59,253 bases of DNA, from the sequence record DRR378314_405; one strand, written 5' to 3'. The notes under the pieces are model-generated. The model was not told where the DNA came from and made no database searches. It saw nothing but the letters and a program-made list of their open reading frames with translations. The position numbers and the translations under genes are program-made. Below, one piece after another: positions 1-10,715 of this stretch (the first letter of the stretch is position 1; every line of letters starts with the position of its first letter).

Positions 1-1488
1 AGGGTCAAAATCAACACTCCCTCTTTGCATGGCTCGATTTCGTTAAAAGGCGCACGGCTTGACGACCTGACCCTCATTAATTATCGCGAAGAAGTTGACC
101 CCAGCAGCCCGGAGATCAAATTGCTCTCTCCTGTTGGCGCGCCAAACCCTTACTACGCTGAATTTGGCTGGACCGGCGCTGCCGATAGCGACGTCAAGCT
201 GCCAAACTCTCAGACGATCTGGTCAACCGAGGCGACGACATTCACCCCGGAAAAACCACTAACCCTGACCTGGGACAATGGCGAGGGGCTGATCTTCAAG
301 CGCGTTTACACCCTTGATGACCATTATCTGTTCACCATTGAACAAACGGTCCAGAACACCACGGATCAGCCAATTACCCTGTTTCCCTATGGCCTGATTT
401 CCCGAACCGGCATTCCTGACACCCAAGGGTTCTACATCCTGCATGAAGGCCCGATCGGGGTGTTCAATGAAACGCTGGAAGAAGTCGATTACGACGACCT
501 GGTTGAAGAAGGCCCCCTGACGAACAGCTCCAAAGGTGGATGGATCGGCATTACCGATAAATTCTGGCTGACGGCGTTGGTCCCGGATCAAGATGCCGAC
601 CTGAAAAACCGGTTCACCTATATCAAACAGGGTGACCGTTTCCAGACTGATTATATCAATCAGAAGGGTGTGACCGTTGCCACCAACAGCTCGGCCTCCA
701 TTACAAACCACATGTTTGCCGGTGCAAAAGAAGCACATCTTCTGGACAAATATCAGGAAGAAAAAGGCATTGATCGCCTGGAATTGGCCATTGACTGGGG
801 TTGGTTCTATTTTCTGACACGCCCGATGTATGTCGCGCTTGAATGGCTGGATGGATTGATCGGCAATCTGGGTCTGGCCATTCTGGCACTCACCGTTGGC
901 ATCAAATTGATCCTGCTGCCCCTGGCGCATAAGTCTTATGTCTCCATGAGCAAGATGAAGAAACTACAGCCAGAAATGGTCAAACTTCGCGAGAAGTATG
1001 GTGAAGACCGGCAAAAGTTAAATCAGGAAATGATGGCGCTTTACAAGCGAGAGAAAGCCAACCCGGCGGCCGGTTGTCTGCCAATTCTGGTCCAGATTCC
1101 GATTTTCTTCTCGCTCTATAAAGTGCTATTTGTGACGCTTCTGATGCGCCATCAGCCTTTCTATGGCTGGATCCAGGATCTCTCCGCGCCGGACCCAACC
1201 TCCATTTTCAACCTGTTTGGCTTGATCCCATGGACCCCGCCTGAATTCCTGATGATCGGTGTCTTGCCGCTGCTGATGGGCCTGAGCATGTTCCTGCAAC
1301 AGAAGTTCAATCCGCAACCCGCGGATCCAATGCAGGCGAAAATCTTTATGTTCATGCCGATTTTCTTCACATTCCTGCTCGCAAGTTTCCCGGCAGGGCT
1401 GGTCATTTACTGGACCTGGAACAACATCTTAAGTATCGCCCAGCAATGGTATATCATGCGGCGCATGGGTGTTTCGGTAAACGGGTGA
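1..1488 (+). CDS. yidC: Membrane protein insertase YidC (5'-truncated by the window edge)
   Basis: Periplasmic domain, then IDWGWFYF, MKKLQP, GCLPILVQIPIFF, WIQDLSAPDP and PAGLVIYW motifs; followed by engB. Confidence 0.96.
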   Translation, partial: RVKINTPSLHGSISLKGARLDDLTLINYREEVDPSSPEIKLLSPVGAPNPYYAEFGWTGAADSDVKLPNSQTIWSTEATTFTPEKPLTLTWDNGEGLIFKRVYTLDDHYLFTIEQTVQNTTDQPITLFPYGLISRTGIPDTQGFYILHEGPIGVFNETLEEVDYDDLVEEGPLTNSSKGGWIGITDKFWLTALVPDQDADLKNRFTYIKQGDRFQTDYINQKGVTVATNSSASITNHMFAGAKEAHLLDKYQEEKGIDRLELAIDWGWFYFLTRPMYVALEWLDGLIGNLGLAILALTVGIKLILLPLAHKSYVSMSKMKKLQPEMVKLREKYGEDRQKLNQEMMALYKREKANPAAGCLPILVQIPIFFSLYKVLFVTLLMRHQPFYGWIQDLSAPDPTSIFNLFGLIPWTPPEFLMIGVLPLLMGLSMFLQQKFNPQPADPMQAKIFMFMPIFFTFLLASFPAGLVIYWTWNNILSIAQQWYIMRRMGVSVNG

Positions 1489-1504
1489 CGAAAGCTAAAT
1501 ACAC

Positions 1505-2149
1505 ATGAATGATCAAAGATCAGAAAATGAGGAGGCGGCGTTCATCGAAGAGGGCCGCCTTCTTTTTGCGAAGGAATGCAAGTTCGTTGCCGGTGCAGCG
1601 ACCCTTGACATGCTCCCTGACAGTGACCTGAACGAGGTTGCCTTTGCAGGCCGCTCAAATGTCGGGAAATCGAGCCTGATCAACGGCTTGACGGGCCGCA
1701 ACACACTGGCGCGAACCTCCAATACACCGGGCCGCACCCAACAGATCAATTTTTTCGAGCTGGACGGTCGGCTTTCCTTGGTGGATTTGCCAGGACATGG
1801 TTACGCAAAGGCGTCAAAAACCAAGATCGCAGCCTGGACCGATCTTGTGAACATCTATTTGAAAGGCCGCTTCAATCTGCGCCGGGTGTGCCTGCTGATC
1901 GACAGCCGGCACGGGATCAAGGATGTGGACCGGGACATCATGAACATGCTCGACACGGCGGCAGTGAACTACCAGATCGTGCTGACAAAGGTCGATAAAA
2001 GCAAAAAAACAGAACTCGATACCGTTGTCGAAAAAACCGAAAAAGAACTTTCCAAGCGGCCTGCGGCCCATCCCGAAGTCTTTCTGACCAGTTCTGCAAA
2101 AGGAACAGGTATTGAACAGCTTCGGGCAGAATTGGCCACGCTTGTATAG
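1505..2149 (+). CDS. engB: Ribosome biogenesis GTP-binding protein YihA/YsxC
   Basis: G1 GRSNVGKS, G3 DLPG, G4 TKVD; TPGRTQQINFF. Confidence 0.96.
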   Translation: MNDQRSENEEAAFIEEGRLLFAKECKFVAGAATLDMLPDSDLNEVAFAGRSNVGKSSLINGLTGRNTLARTSNTPGRTQQINFFELDGRLSLVDLPGHGYAKASKTKIAAWTDLVNIYLKGRFNLRRVCLLIDSRHGIKDVDRDIMNMLDTAAVNYQIVLTKVDKSKKTELDTVVEKTEKELSKRPAAHPEVFLTSSAKGTGIEQLRAELATLV

Positions 2150-2171
2150 TTGAATGATTAAGGATGGGGAC

Positions 2172-3083
2172 ATGACCAAAAATCAAATGCCGGTCGAAGA
2201 ACAACTTAAAAAGGCAAAAATCCTTTCCGAAGCCTTGCCCTATATGCATCAGTTCTCCGGCCAGACATTTGTCATCAAATATGGCGGACACGCCATGGGG
2301 GACAAAAGCCTCGCGCAGGATTTTGCTCAGGATGTTGCCCTTCTCAAGCAGGTTGGGATCAATCCGGTGATTGTCCATGGCGGCGGGCCCCAGATCGGCA
2401 GCATGCTGGATCGGCTGAAAATCCAAAGCTCATTTGTTGATGGGCTGCGCGTCACGGATAAAGCCACCGTCGAGATTGCGGAAATGGTGCTCAGCGGATC
2501 GCTGAACAAAAACATTGTTATGGATATAAATGCCGCTGGCGGCCTTGCTGTCGGATTGTCCGGTAAGGATGGCAATTTGATCGAGGTTCAGAAACTGACC
2601 CGCACAAAACGGGATCCCGATAGCAATATCGAGCGGATCCTCGATCTTGGATTTGTCGGTGAGCCCTGCCGCATTAACCCGGAACTGCTTCAAAGTCTGG
2701 AAGAAATTGACGTCATCCCGGTCATCGCCCCTATTGGGGTTGGTCCCAACGGGCAAACGTTCAATATCAATGCGGATACGGCTGCCGGCCATATTGCGGC
2801 CGCTATCGGGGCCAGCAAATTGATCATGATGACAGATGTGGAAGGCGTGCTGGATAAAGATAAAAAGCTGATCAATCGCCTGACACCGCGCCAGGTCGAA
2901 AAGCTTCAGGTGGATGGAACCATTGTTGGCGGCATGATCCCCAAACTGGAAACCTGTTTATTTGCCCTGGACAGCGGCGTGGAAGCGGCTCATATCCTGG
3001 ACGGACGGATCCCTCATGTGCTCCTTTTGGAAACCTTTACCGAACATGGTATCGGCACAATGATCCATCAACCCGACGACTAG
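2172..3083 (+). CDS. argB: Acetylglutamate kinase
   Basis: [37 protein letters not shown] 2172 chosen for the GGGGA SD (ORF open from 2154). Confidence 0.96.
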   Translation: MTKNQMPVEEQLKKAKILSEALPYMHQFSGQTFVIKYGGHAMGDKSLAQDFAQDVALLKQVGINPVIVHGGGPQIGSMLDRLKIQSSFVDGLRVTDKATVEIAEMVLSGSLNKNIVMDINAAGGLAVGLSGKDGNLIEVQKLTRTKRDPDSNIERILDLGFVGEPCRINPELLQSLEEIDVIPVIAPIGVGPNGQTFNINADTAAGHIAAAIGASKLIMMTDVEGVLDKDKKLINRLTPRQVEKLQVDGTIVGGMIPKLETCLFALDSGVEAAHILDGRIPHVLLLETFTEHGIGTMIHQPDD

Positions 3084-3104
3084 CCGCGATTAAGGCCAGC
3101 TCTT

Positions 3105-4361
3105 CTATTCATCCGTGAAGAAGGAGAGCTGCCAATCCAGCTCTTCCTGGCTGAACGGGTATTCCACCCCATCGCGGGCATTGATGATATCGCGACTGGA
3201 TACATGCGCAACTTCACTTTGAACCTTGATGGCCAGACGCATACTCAAACCGGCTTTCCAGCACAGCGATGTGACCACCTTGGCGTTTCTGGAATTTAAA
3301 ATCGCTTTGACTGTCTGAACCGGCAATCCCGACATCAGACCCAGTGCTTTGCGCGCAAAATGCGGCTCATTATCCAAAATGGCCTGCTGCAACAGCTCTT
3401 CGTTCAGCTGCCCCTTCTGCCATAAATCCTCTGCCCGGTTTTCCTGCTCGATCACAGCCGCCGCATCCAGATCACTGGTTTCATCAATTCGCTCGCGCAC
3501 CTGCCGTTTCAGCTCTGTTTCCACTTCGGATGACAGGTTATTTTTCTCGACCAGTTTTTCAACAAGAGATACCCCAACAAATCCGGCAATCCGTTTAATT
3601 GCCCGGATCGACAAATCCACCCGCATCACCAACGGCTCATGAAGCATTTCAATGCCTTCGGCCTGATTGATCAGTTGATCCAGTGTTTCTTCGCGAACAC
3701 GGGCCGATTTATTGGCCAATAACGCGGCTACCGCCGGCACATCCAGACTGGCTGCGACCGCTTCTGAAACATCTTCTGCCAGATTTTCACGCCGAGCGAT
3801 GGCCGGCAAACTGCCGCTTGCGACACCGCTTGCGATAATTTCCAGAAGATCAGCCTCAGACAATAGAGGAGAATATTCCAGCACGGGGGAAGCCACCATC
3901 TCTTCGGCATCTTTGGCTAGGCTCTTAATGACATGCTTGGGGGCAGTCAAACTGCTCTTCAGGGCTTCTGAAAGAATCGCACGAATGGAGGGCAATTGGT
4001 CAGAGGCCAAAACCTCCAAGGTCTCAATCGCCTGTTCGCGGATTTGCGCCGCCTCTTCCCCTGACAGGCTTGGCAATATTCGGCAGATTTTCCGCGCCAG
4101 TTCCTCGCGCACTTCATCATCTATATCTTTTGCCAGTATGTTATTCGCCTGAAAGGGCGTATTTTCATTGCGCGCAACACTCTGGCGCACCTGTGCAGAG
4201 CTGTCATCCGTCAGATAGTAGAGAACTTCCGGCTTGGTTGTCGGGTTTTCCGCCAATTTGACACGGACTTTCCGATCCTTGGCATTGGCAAGGACCTTAC
4301 TTTCTTCATAGGACACAGCCTTGTCTTTCTGCCGTCCAAACAACTTACTCAGCACCATCAT
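3105..4361 (-). CDS. DUF2336-family helical repeat protein
   Basis: LAxD..VR..VA repeats and VASPVLEYSPLLSEADL; start ATG 4361/4358 overlaps the end of the upstream cyclase. Confidence 0.75.
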   Translation of the reverse strand: MMVLSKLFGRQKDKAVSYEESKVLANAKDRKVRVKLAENPTTKPEVLYYLTDDSSAQVRQSVARNENTPFQANNILAKDIDDEVREELARKICRILPSLSGEEAAQIREQAIETLEVLASDQLPSIRAILSEALKSSLTAPKHVIKSLAKDAEEMVASPVLEYSPLLSEADLLEIIASGVASGSLPAIARRENLAEDVSEAVAASLDVPAVAALLANKSARVREETLDQLINQAEGIEMLHEPLVMRVDLSIRAIKRIAGFVGVSLVEKLVEKNNLSSEVETELKRQVRERIDETSDLDAAAVIEQENRAEDLWQKGQLNEELLQQAILDNEPHFARKALGLMSGLPVQTVKAILNSRNAKVVTSLCWKAGLSMRLAIKVQSEVAHVSSRDIINARDGVEYPFSQEELDWQLSFFTDE

Positions 4362-6117
4362 TCCCCCATTTTCCCGATTGGTCGCCCTTAACTGGCGTGG
4401 CGACACAATAGGATCCCTTTCCTTGTTCTTTGACCTGATACATGGCAGCGTCCGCCCGGTTTAATAACCCATCCAGATTTTCATCCGTCGCACCACGGCT
4501 ACAGGCAATTCCAATAGAAAACCCAAGCTCAGGTTCGGCGATATCCAATTCTTTGGAAACCTGTTTGCACCGTTCCTGCAACCAAATGGCTTTCTCTTCG
4601 GCTTCCTTAACCGGCATATTTTCATACCAGATGGCAAATTCATCTCCGCCAAGGCGCGCAACCAAATCGCCAATGCGGCTGTTCTCTGCCAATAAACCAC
4701 TAATCGCCTTTAGAACGTCGTCCCCTTTATCATGACCAAAGCGGTCATTCACCGGCTTGAAATTATCCAGATCCACATAAAACAGCGCATTGGCAATCCC
4801 GGTACGCTTGCCATGTTCAATCCGTTGGGCCACATCATGATGAAACGCCCGACGGTTCAAAAGACCGCTGAGCTCGTCGGTACGGGTCAGCTCTATCAAT
4901 TTCTCCCGCGCGAGGATTTGGATTAACGCCACCTCCAGATGATCTGCCAGATGATGCAGCAAATGCATTTCTTCAGCAGTGAGGTCCATTGCCGCCCCGT
5001 CGCGAATAACCGCGATATACCCGTTCAGCGTTCCCTTTACGTAGAAAGGGCTGATAAATAATTTGTTATCACCGTGGTAATCGATGATCAGGCTATGCTC
5101 CTGCTCAGACGAAGGTTTAGCATCCTCAAACCAGCTGCTGAGAAACTCCGAAATGTCGTCCGGAATATCTTGCGAATACTCGGTCACCAATTGACCATTG
5201 GTGTTCAGCCTTGCGATCTGCAGGCGCCGGGCTCCCAAAGCCTCAAGCGTTTTCTCACCGGCAAGCTGGAACAGTTTTTCCGGATCCACCTCATGACGAA
5301 TGGCGTCGACCACTGAACTCAGCAGTTTTTCCTGAGCCGCGCGCTTGTCCATCCACCCTTGATGTTCCATCTCCTGGGTCATGTCTTTTCCAGCGCCCCG
5401 GCACCCAATCCAGTTTCCGCTCTTATCGAATAACGGAATTGCCGCCACTTGCAGACAAACCGGCTTACCGATTTTGGTTCTGATCCAGATTTGCTGATTT
5501 GCAACCGGCGCCTGATTGACAAACGGGTTTTCATAATCGACATCATGGCCCTTGCCGGAACCCAGCAACAGGTCCTTGGCGATCAATCCATCCAATTCGG
5601 CAGAACTATAGCCGAACGCCCCCGCAGGAGAGACATATTTAAACTGCCCCTTCTCATCAGTTTCCCAGACAAATTCAGAGACACAATCGATGAGATCTTT
5701 AAACATCTGCCGGGAATTAATCAGGGCATTGGTCAGATTTCGATGCATGGAAGCATCCTGACCCAAGGCCAGAAACTGCCCTTCCATACGATCCAGCGGC
5801 AGAAAACTGAACTCATAAATTTCCGGCTCACCGCTGGAACGCTCAATTTTCAGGGTTTGAAAATTTGGGGCGATATCCGCGGTCGCTACTCGGAAACAAT
5901 CCGCAAGTTGGCTCCGAAAGGGTCCGGACAGGTTCTGCAAAAATGCACCAGCACGCTCGTTCACCTCCAGAATTTCCAAGTCCTTATTGATCACCAGCAC
6001 CAGTCCGGGAAAATCGGACAGCAACAAATCCCGCTCAACGGCATAGCAGGTGCTCTGCCGATTGGCAGCAGCCTGTTTCTCCAGCGACCTGGCGATCGGA
6101 TTTTTGAAAAGACCCAT
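4345..6117 (-). CDS. PAS-GAF sensor diguanylate cyclase
   Basis: PAS (WETDEKGQFKYVS), GAF-like segment, DLDNFKPVNDRFGHDKGD, intact GGDEF with RxxD I-site (RIGD) five residues upstream. Confidence 0.92.
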   Translation of the reverse strand: MGLFKNPIARSLEKQAAANRQSTCYAVERDLLLSDFPGLVLVINKDLEILEVNERAGAFLQNLSGPFRSQLADCFRVATADIAPNFQTLKIERSSGEPEIYEFSFLPLDRMEGQFLALGQDASMHRNLTNALINSRQMFKDLIDCVSEFVWETDEKGQFKYVSPAGAFGYSSAELDGLIAKDLLLGSGKGHDVDYENPFVNQAPVANQQIWIRTKIGKPVCLQVAAIPLFDKSGNWIGCRGAGKDMTQEMEHQGWMDKRAAQEKLLSSVVDAIRHEVDPEKLFQLAGEKTLEALGARRLQIARLNTNGQLVTEYSQDIPDDISEFLSSWFEDAKPSSEQEHSLIIDYHGDNKLFISPFYVKGTLNGYIAVIRDGAAMDLTAEEMHLLHHLADHLEVALIQILAREKLIELTRTDELSGLLNRRAFHHDVAQRIEHGKRTGIANALFYVDLDNFKPVNDRFGHDKGDDVLKAISGLLAENSRIGDLVARLGGDEFAIWYENMPVKEAEEKAIWLQERCKQVSKELDIAEPELGFSIGIACSRGATDENLDGLLNRADAAMYQVKEQGKGSYCVATPVKGDQSGKWGNDGAE

Positions 6118-6167
6118 GAGCAGAGATGCTTTCAACGCTTAAAAAAGCCAATCATAGGATTTTTTAC

Positions 6168-6182
6168 TTAACATGCCCTTAA
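6168..6182. promoter_or_regulatory. Candidate CtrA-binding box TTAA-N7-TTAA
   Basis: TTAAcatgcccTTAA about 50 bp upstream of the diguanylate cyclase start. Confidence 0.5.
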
Positions 6183-6256
6183 AAGGATGTTTCAGAAACC
6201 TTAAGAAAACCGCCAATAAGCCTTGCATCATTTCTATTCTCGCCCATAATTCCCGG

Positions 6257-6964
6257 ATGATAATAGAGAAACCCTCCTGGAAACATTTTGAAGATATCGA
6301 TGCCTGGATTTTTGATCTGGACAACACACTCTATCCAGCCAATTGCGACCTCTTTTCCCAAATGAGCGTCAAGATGGGGGAGTTTGTTTCCAACTTCCTG
6401 CAGGTTGAGTTGGAAGAGGCGAAACGAATTCAGAAACACTATTTTACGGAATATGGAACAACCCTGAACGGCCTCATGAAATGTCATGGGATCACCCCCC
6501 ACGACTATTTAACCTATGTCCATGATATTGACATCAGCCACATTGAACCGGACATCCGGCTCAGCGAAGCGCTGCAGGCCATCGACGGGCGAAAAATCAT
6601 TTTCACCAATGCATCTGAAGCTCACGCGCTGAACGTCGCTTCCAAGCTTGGCATCGATCATCATTTTGATGGAATTTACGATATTCACTGGGCCGAATTT
6701 AAACCCAAGCCTGAAATCTCCATTTATGAAAAAATGCTGGCCGACCTGAACATCCCGGCCAATCGATCTGTCTTCTTTGAAGACATGGCGAAGAATCTCA
6801 TACCCGCCCATGAACTGGGGATGAAAACGGTCTGGATTCCCGGTACCGCCGCCTGGTCACAAGAGGACTCTGGCGGGGATCATATCCACCACATCGCAGA
6901 AGACCTGAGCGAATGGCTCCATCTGTTGCTGGAAGACAGACAATCCATGCGTTCTGGCAGTTGA
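6257..6964 (+). CDS. Pyrimidine 5'-nucleotidase, HAD superfamily
   Basis: WIFDLDNTLYP, YGTTLNGL, IFTN, KP, FFEDMAKNL; usual neighbour of dapD in alphaproteobacteria. Confidence 0.9.
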   Translation: MIIEKPSWKHFEDIDAWIFDLDNTLYPANCDLFSQMSVKMGEFVSNFLQVELEEAKRIQKHYFTEYGTTLNGLMKCHGITPHDYLTYVHDIDISHIEPDIRLSEALQAIDGRKIIFTNASEAHALNVASKLGIDHHFDGIYDIHWAEFKPKPEISIYEKMLADLNIPANRSVFFEDMAKNLIPAHELGMKTVWIPGTAAWSQEDSGGDHIHHIAEDLSEWLHLLLEDRQSMRSGS

Positions 6965-7022
6965 CTTGCCGCTGTCTGTCGCTATGTTTTCTCAACACAT
7001 AATTTCTTACTGAGGATCAACA

Positions 7023-7868
7023 ATGAGTTTAGCTGACCTGCAGCCGGTTATCGATACCGCATGGGACAATCGGGACACTATTTCTCCTGCAACCACGGGA
7101 GAGACGAGAGAGGCCATTGAAGAAGCCCTGAACGCCCTCGATAGCGGGGCCGCACGGGTTGCTGAAAAAGTGAAGGACGAATGGCAAGTCAATCAATGGC
7201 TGAAAAAAGCTGTTCTGCTGTCCTTCCGCCTCAATGACATGACAGAAATTGCCGGTGGCCCCGGCACCAACACCAACTGGTGGGACAAGGTGCCCAGCAA
7301 GTTTGAAGGTTGGGGCAAGTCCGAATTCACCGATGCAGGCTTTCGGGCAGTTCCCGGAACCATTGTCCGGCGGAGCGCCTTTATCGCCCCCAACGTTGTA
7401 CTGATGCCCAGTTTCGTCAATCTGGGTGCCTATGTAGACGAGAGAACAATGGTAGACACCTGGGCAACCGTTGGCTCCTGCGCGCAGATCGGCAAAGACG
7501 TGCATCTGTCGGGTGGGGTTGGCATTGGCGGTGTTCTGGAGCCGCTTCAGGCCGGTCCCGTTATCATTGAAGATAACTGCTTCATTGGCGCCCGCTCCGA
7601 AGTTGTTGAAGGCGTGGTTGTTGAAACCGGCTCTGTTCTGTCCATGGGCGTTTTCATTGGCGCCTCAACCAAGATTGTTAATCGGGAAACTGGCGAAACC
7701 CATATCGGCCGCGTTCCTGCATATTCTGTGGTTGTTCCCGGCAATCTGCCCGGCAAACCCCTTCCGGATGGAACACCGGGCCCCAGCCTTTATTGTGCTG
7801 TGATTGTCAAAACGGTTGATGCACAGACCCGCTCCAAAACCTCGATTAACGACTTGCTCCGCACCTAG
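7023..7868 (+). CDS. dapD: Tetrahydrodipicolinate N-succinyltransferase
   Basis: [43 protein letters not shown]. Confidence 0.97.
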   Translation: MSLADLQPVIDTAWDNRDTISPATTGETREAIEEALNALDSGAARVAEKVKDEWQVNQWLKKAVLLSFRLNDMTEIAGGPGTNTNWWDKVPSKFEGWGKSEFTDAGFRAVPGTIVRRSAFIAPNVVLMPSFVNLGAYVDERTMVDTWATVGSCAQIGKDVHLSGGVGIGGVLEPLQAGPVIIEDNCFIGARSEVVEGVVVETGSVLSMGVFIGASTKIVNRETGETHIGRVPAYSVVVPGNLPGKPLPDGTPGPSLYCAVIVKTVDAQTRSKTSINDLLRT

Positions 7869-7890
7869 GCTTAAGTCAAACAGGTTCAGA

Positions 7891-8790
7891 TCAGGCCTGC
7901 TTCTTATCGGAAGCGGGCCTTTTTTTATTTTCCCGGTAAACCATATAAAGTCCGCTCAGGGCAATGACAGCCATACCGATCCACACATGCGGCAGCGGCA
8001 CTTCATCGAAAAAGAAGAACCCGAAGATCAGCGCCCAAACCAGACCAAAATATTCGAACGGCGTGATCGCACCGACCTCCCCTATTGTAAACGCCTTCAC
8101 GATAAAAACGTTGCCCGCCAATGACAGCAGCGCCATTGCACCCACCGCGACCAGATCGCCAAGCGCCATATCCCGCCAGACATATATACCCACTGGTGCA
8201 CTCAGGATCGTCACCCAGAAGGTGACGTAAAAGACGATGGTATAGGTCTTGTCGGTTCGACCAAGCCAGCGACTGCTCAGCATCAAAAACGTATAGGCCA
8301 GACTTGCCGCCAGAACCAAAAAGACAGCCGGATCAAAAATCTCACTGGTTGGCTGGACAACCCAAACCACACCACAAAAGCCGACGAAAATCGCACTCCA
8401 GCGATGAATGCCCACCTTCTCCTTGAACAACGGCACGGACAGCGCTGTCATAATAAAGGGGGAGACGAAGAAAATCACCGTTGCTTCGGCCAGTTGCAAT
8501 GTGCTCAGGGACGTAAAAAAACAGACCGGTGCCAGAAATCCAAAAAAACCCCTCACCCCATGAGCCCAGAAACGATTGGTCTTCACCAGTTTCAATCCAC
8601 CCAGAAACGGCATGGCCAGGGTCAGCAGGACCAGATTGATGCAGCCTCTCAAAAACAGGATTTGAAAACTGGAATAATCGGCTGTCACAAGACTTTTGGC
8701 AACGGAATCCATACTGGACAACATCAAAATCGCCAGGGATATATAAACAATACCCATTAAGTTATTATTTGAAGCGATTGGGGTTGTCAT
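7891..8790 (-). CDS. DMT/EamA-family transporter
   Basis: About 10 TM segments, two EamA repeats, LFKEKVGIHRW, PFEYFGLVWA. Confidence 0.9.
   Translation of the reverse strand: MTTPIASNNNLMGIVYISLAILMLSSMDSVAKSLVTADYSSFQILFLRGCINLVLLTLAMPFLGGLKLVKTNRFWAHGVRGFFGFLAPVCFFTSLSTLQLAEATVIFFVSPFIMTALSVPLFKEKVGIHRWSAIFVGFCGVVWVVQPTSEIFDPAVFLVLAASLAYTFLMLSSRWLGRTDKTYTIVFYVTFWVTILSAPVGIYVWRDMALGDLVAVGAMALLSLAGNVFIVKAFTIGEVGAITPFEYFGLVWALIFGFFFFDEVPLPHVWIGMAVIALSGLYMVYRENKKRPASDKKQA
7893..7926 (+). terminator. Intrinsic terminator after dapD, overlapping the 3' end of the convergent DMT gene
   Basis: aggcctgcttc-ttatcg-gaagcgggcct followed by a T run. Confidence 0.75.
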
Positions 8791-8939
8791 GGGACGCTCT
8801 TTGGCTTGCCAGATGTATCACTTGATACTCGGATGGGGAACCATCATTTGCAACTTTAACGAGGCGTGTCAAGCAAGTTATCCCACACCAACAGGTCAAG
8901 GTTATTGACCAGACTGGCAGACAAAGGTATTGCTCAGCT

Positions 8940-10112
8940 ATGAGTTATAAAACTGACATTGACGTAATCGAACTGACCCAAACCCTGATGCGGTGCCCCA
9001 GCGTAACCCCAAAAGACGCCGGCGCTCTGGATCGACTTCAGGAAAGCCTAGAAGTCATTGGGTTTAAATGCAGTCGACTGACCTTTTCCGACACAGACAC
9101 ACCTGATGTCGACAATCTTTATGCCCGCTTCGGAACAGAAGGTCCGAATTTCTGTTTTGCCGGTCATACGGATGTGGTGCCCCCCGGCGATGTGGATCAG
9201 TGGAGCGTCGATCCCTTTGCGCCGGAAATCCGGGACGGCATGCTGTATGGGCGAGGCGCAGCGGATATGAAGGCCGCAGTTGCCTGTTTTGCCGCCTCTG
9301 CCCAACGGCTGATAAAATCCAGAGACGGAACCCTCAATGGCTCCATCAGCTTGTTGATCACTGGCGATGAAGAAGGCCCGGCCATCAATGGAACCCGAAA
9401 GGTTCTGGAATGGATGCAACAGCAGGGGGAGACGATTGACCATTGCCTGGTGGGCGAGCCGACCAATCCCAACGCGCTGGGTGAAATGGTCAAAATCGGT
9501 CGCCGCGGCTCTTTTACCGGCTTTTTGACGGTTGAAGGGGTTCAAGGGCATGTTGCCTATCCCCATTTGGCTGACAATCCGGTGCCCCACATGGTTGCCA
9601 TGCTATCTGCCCTGGATCAGATGCCGCTAGATGACGGAAGCGAAAATTTCCAGCCCAGCAATCTTGAATTCACAACAGTGGATGTCGGCAATCCGGCAAC
9701 CAACGTGATCCCCAAAGAGGCCAAAGCCACTTTCAATATCCGCTTCAACACCCATCAAACCCTGGATGGTCTGGATGAGAAAATCCGCGGCATCCTGGAT
9801 CAGGTTGCGACGGACAGAAACTGCAAATACGGTTTAAGAGTGCTGAAAAATTCGGAACCCTTTTTGACCGCCGAAGGCGATTTCAGCGATCTGGTCGCTG
9901 GCTCCATCGAGCGGCATCTCGGCACCCGTCCAGATCTCTCAACAACCGGCGGCACCTCTGATGCGCGCTATATCAAAAATTACTGCCCGGTTGTTGAATT
10001 TGGCCTTGTCGGTCAAACCATGCATAAAATTGATGAATGTGTCGCCGTCGAAGATATCAAAACCCTTGCCGACATTTATACCAGCATTCTGGATGGCTAT
10101 TTTGCGAGCTGA
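8940..10112 (+). CDS. dapE: Succinyl-diaminopimelate desuccinylase
   Basis: FAGHTDVVP, GRGAADMK, GDEEGP, GEPT, GHVAYPH, TSDARY. Confidence 0.97.
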   Translation: MSYKTDIDVIELTQTLMRCPSVTPKDAGALDRLQESLEVIGFKCSRLTFSDTDTPDVDNLYARFGTEGPNFCFAGHTDVVPPGDVDQWSVDPFAPEIRDGMLYGRGAADMKAAVACFAASAQRLIKSRDGTLNGSISLLITGDEEGPAINGTRKVLEWMQQQGETIDHCLVGEPTNPNALGEMVKIGRRGSFTGFLTVEGVQGHVAYPHLADNPVPHMVAMLSALDQMPLDDGSENFQPSNLEFTTVDVGNPATNVIPKEAKATFNIRFNTHQTLDGLDEKIRGILDQVATDRNCKYGLRVLKNSEPFLTAEGDFSDLVAGSIERHLGTRPDLSTTGGTSDARYIKNYCPVVEFGLVGQTMHKIDECVAVEDIKTLADIYTSILDGYFAS

Positions 10113-10115
10113 TCG

Positions 10116-10694
10116 ATGAGCCTTCTTCAGGAACTGAGCAACTCCATTACCGGATGTTACCGGATCGCCAAGCGGGATCCGGACGCTTTATCCTACTTTA
10201 ATATTTCGGCCAGCGGTTTCTGGACATCCTTTATTGCGCTGCTGTTCAGTCTGCCGGTCTATCTCATCCACAGTTACATCATTTACAGTGTCTCCCCCGA
10301 TATCATTGAGCAGACGAATATCAATGTGGAAATGTCAGCGCGGGAATTTTCCATCTGGCCGTCCTTCAAACCCTTCATCGCCTGGCTGGCGTATCTGGGC
10401 ACGGTCCTTGTTGTTGCGAAAACGGCTGATTTTGCCAATCGGTTTAGTACCTTTGTAATCGTCTATAACTGGAGCCAGTTACTGATTAACCTGTTGTCTC
10501 TGCTGCTCTTTATCCTGCTCTATGGACTGGTTGGGGCAAGCTTGCTGACAGTGGCCTATTTCGGCTTCCTGTGCCTGGCCTATTTCTTCCTCTATATGGT
10601 GATTTCCCGAACGTTGGAGGTGCCGACAGGGATCGCCATAGGTCTGGTTATTTTGGAATTTATTCTCTCGACCGTTATCACCCTGTCCTTTTAA
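10116..10694 (+). CDS. Hypothetical multi-pass membrane protein
   Basis: About 5 hydrophobic segments, starts 3 bp after dapE; GFWTSF and VYNW motifs. Confidence 0.7.
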   Translation: MSLLQELSNSITGCYRIAKRDPDALSYFNISASGFWTSFIALLFSLPVYLIHSYIIYSVSPDIIEQTNINVEMSAREFSIWPSFKPFIAWLAYLGTVLVVAKTADFANRFSTFVIVYNWSQLLINLLSLLLFILLYGLVGASLLTVAYFGFLCLAYFFLYMVISRTLEVPTGIAIGLVILEFILSTVITLSF

Positions 10695-10715
10695 GAACAG
10701 CGCCAGCGCCCTCGG

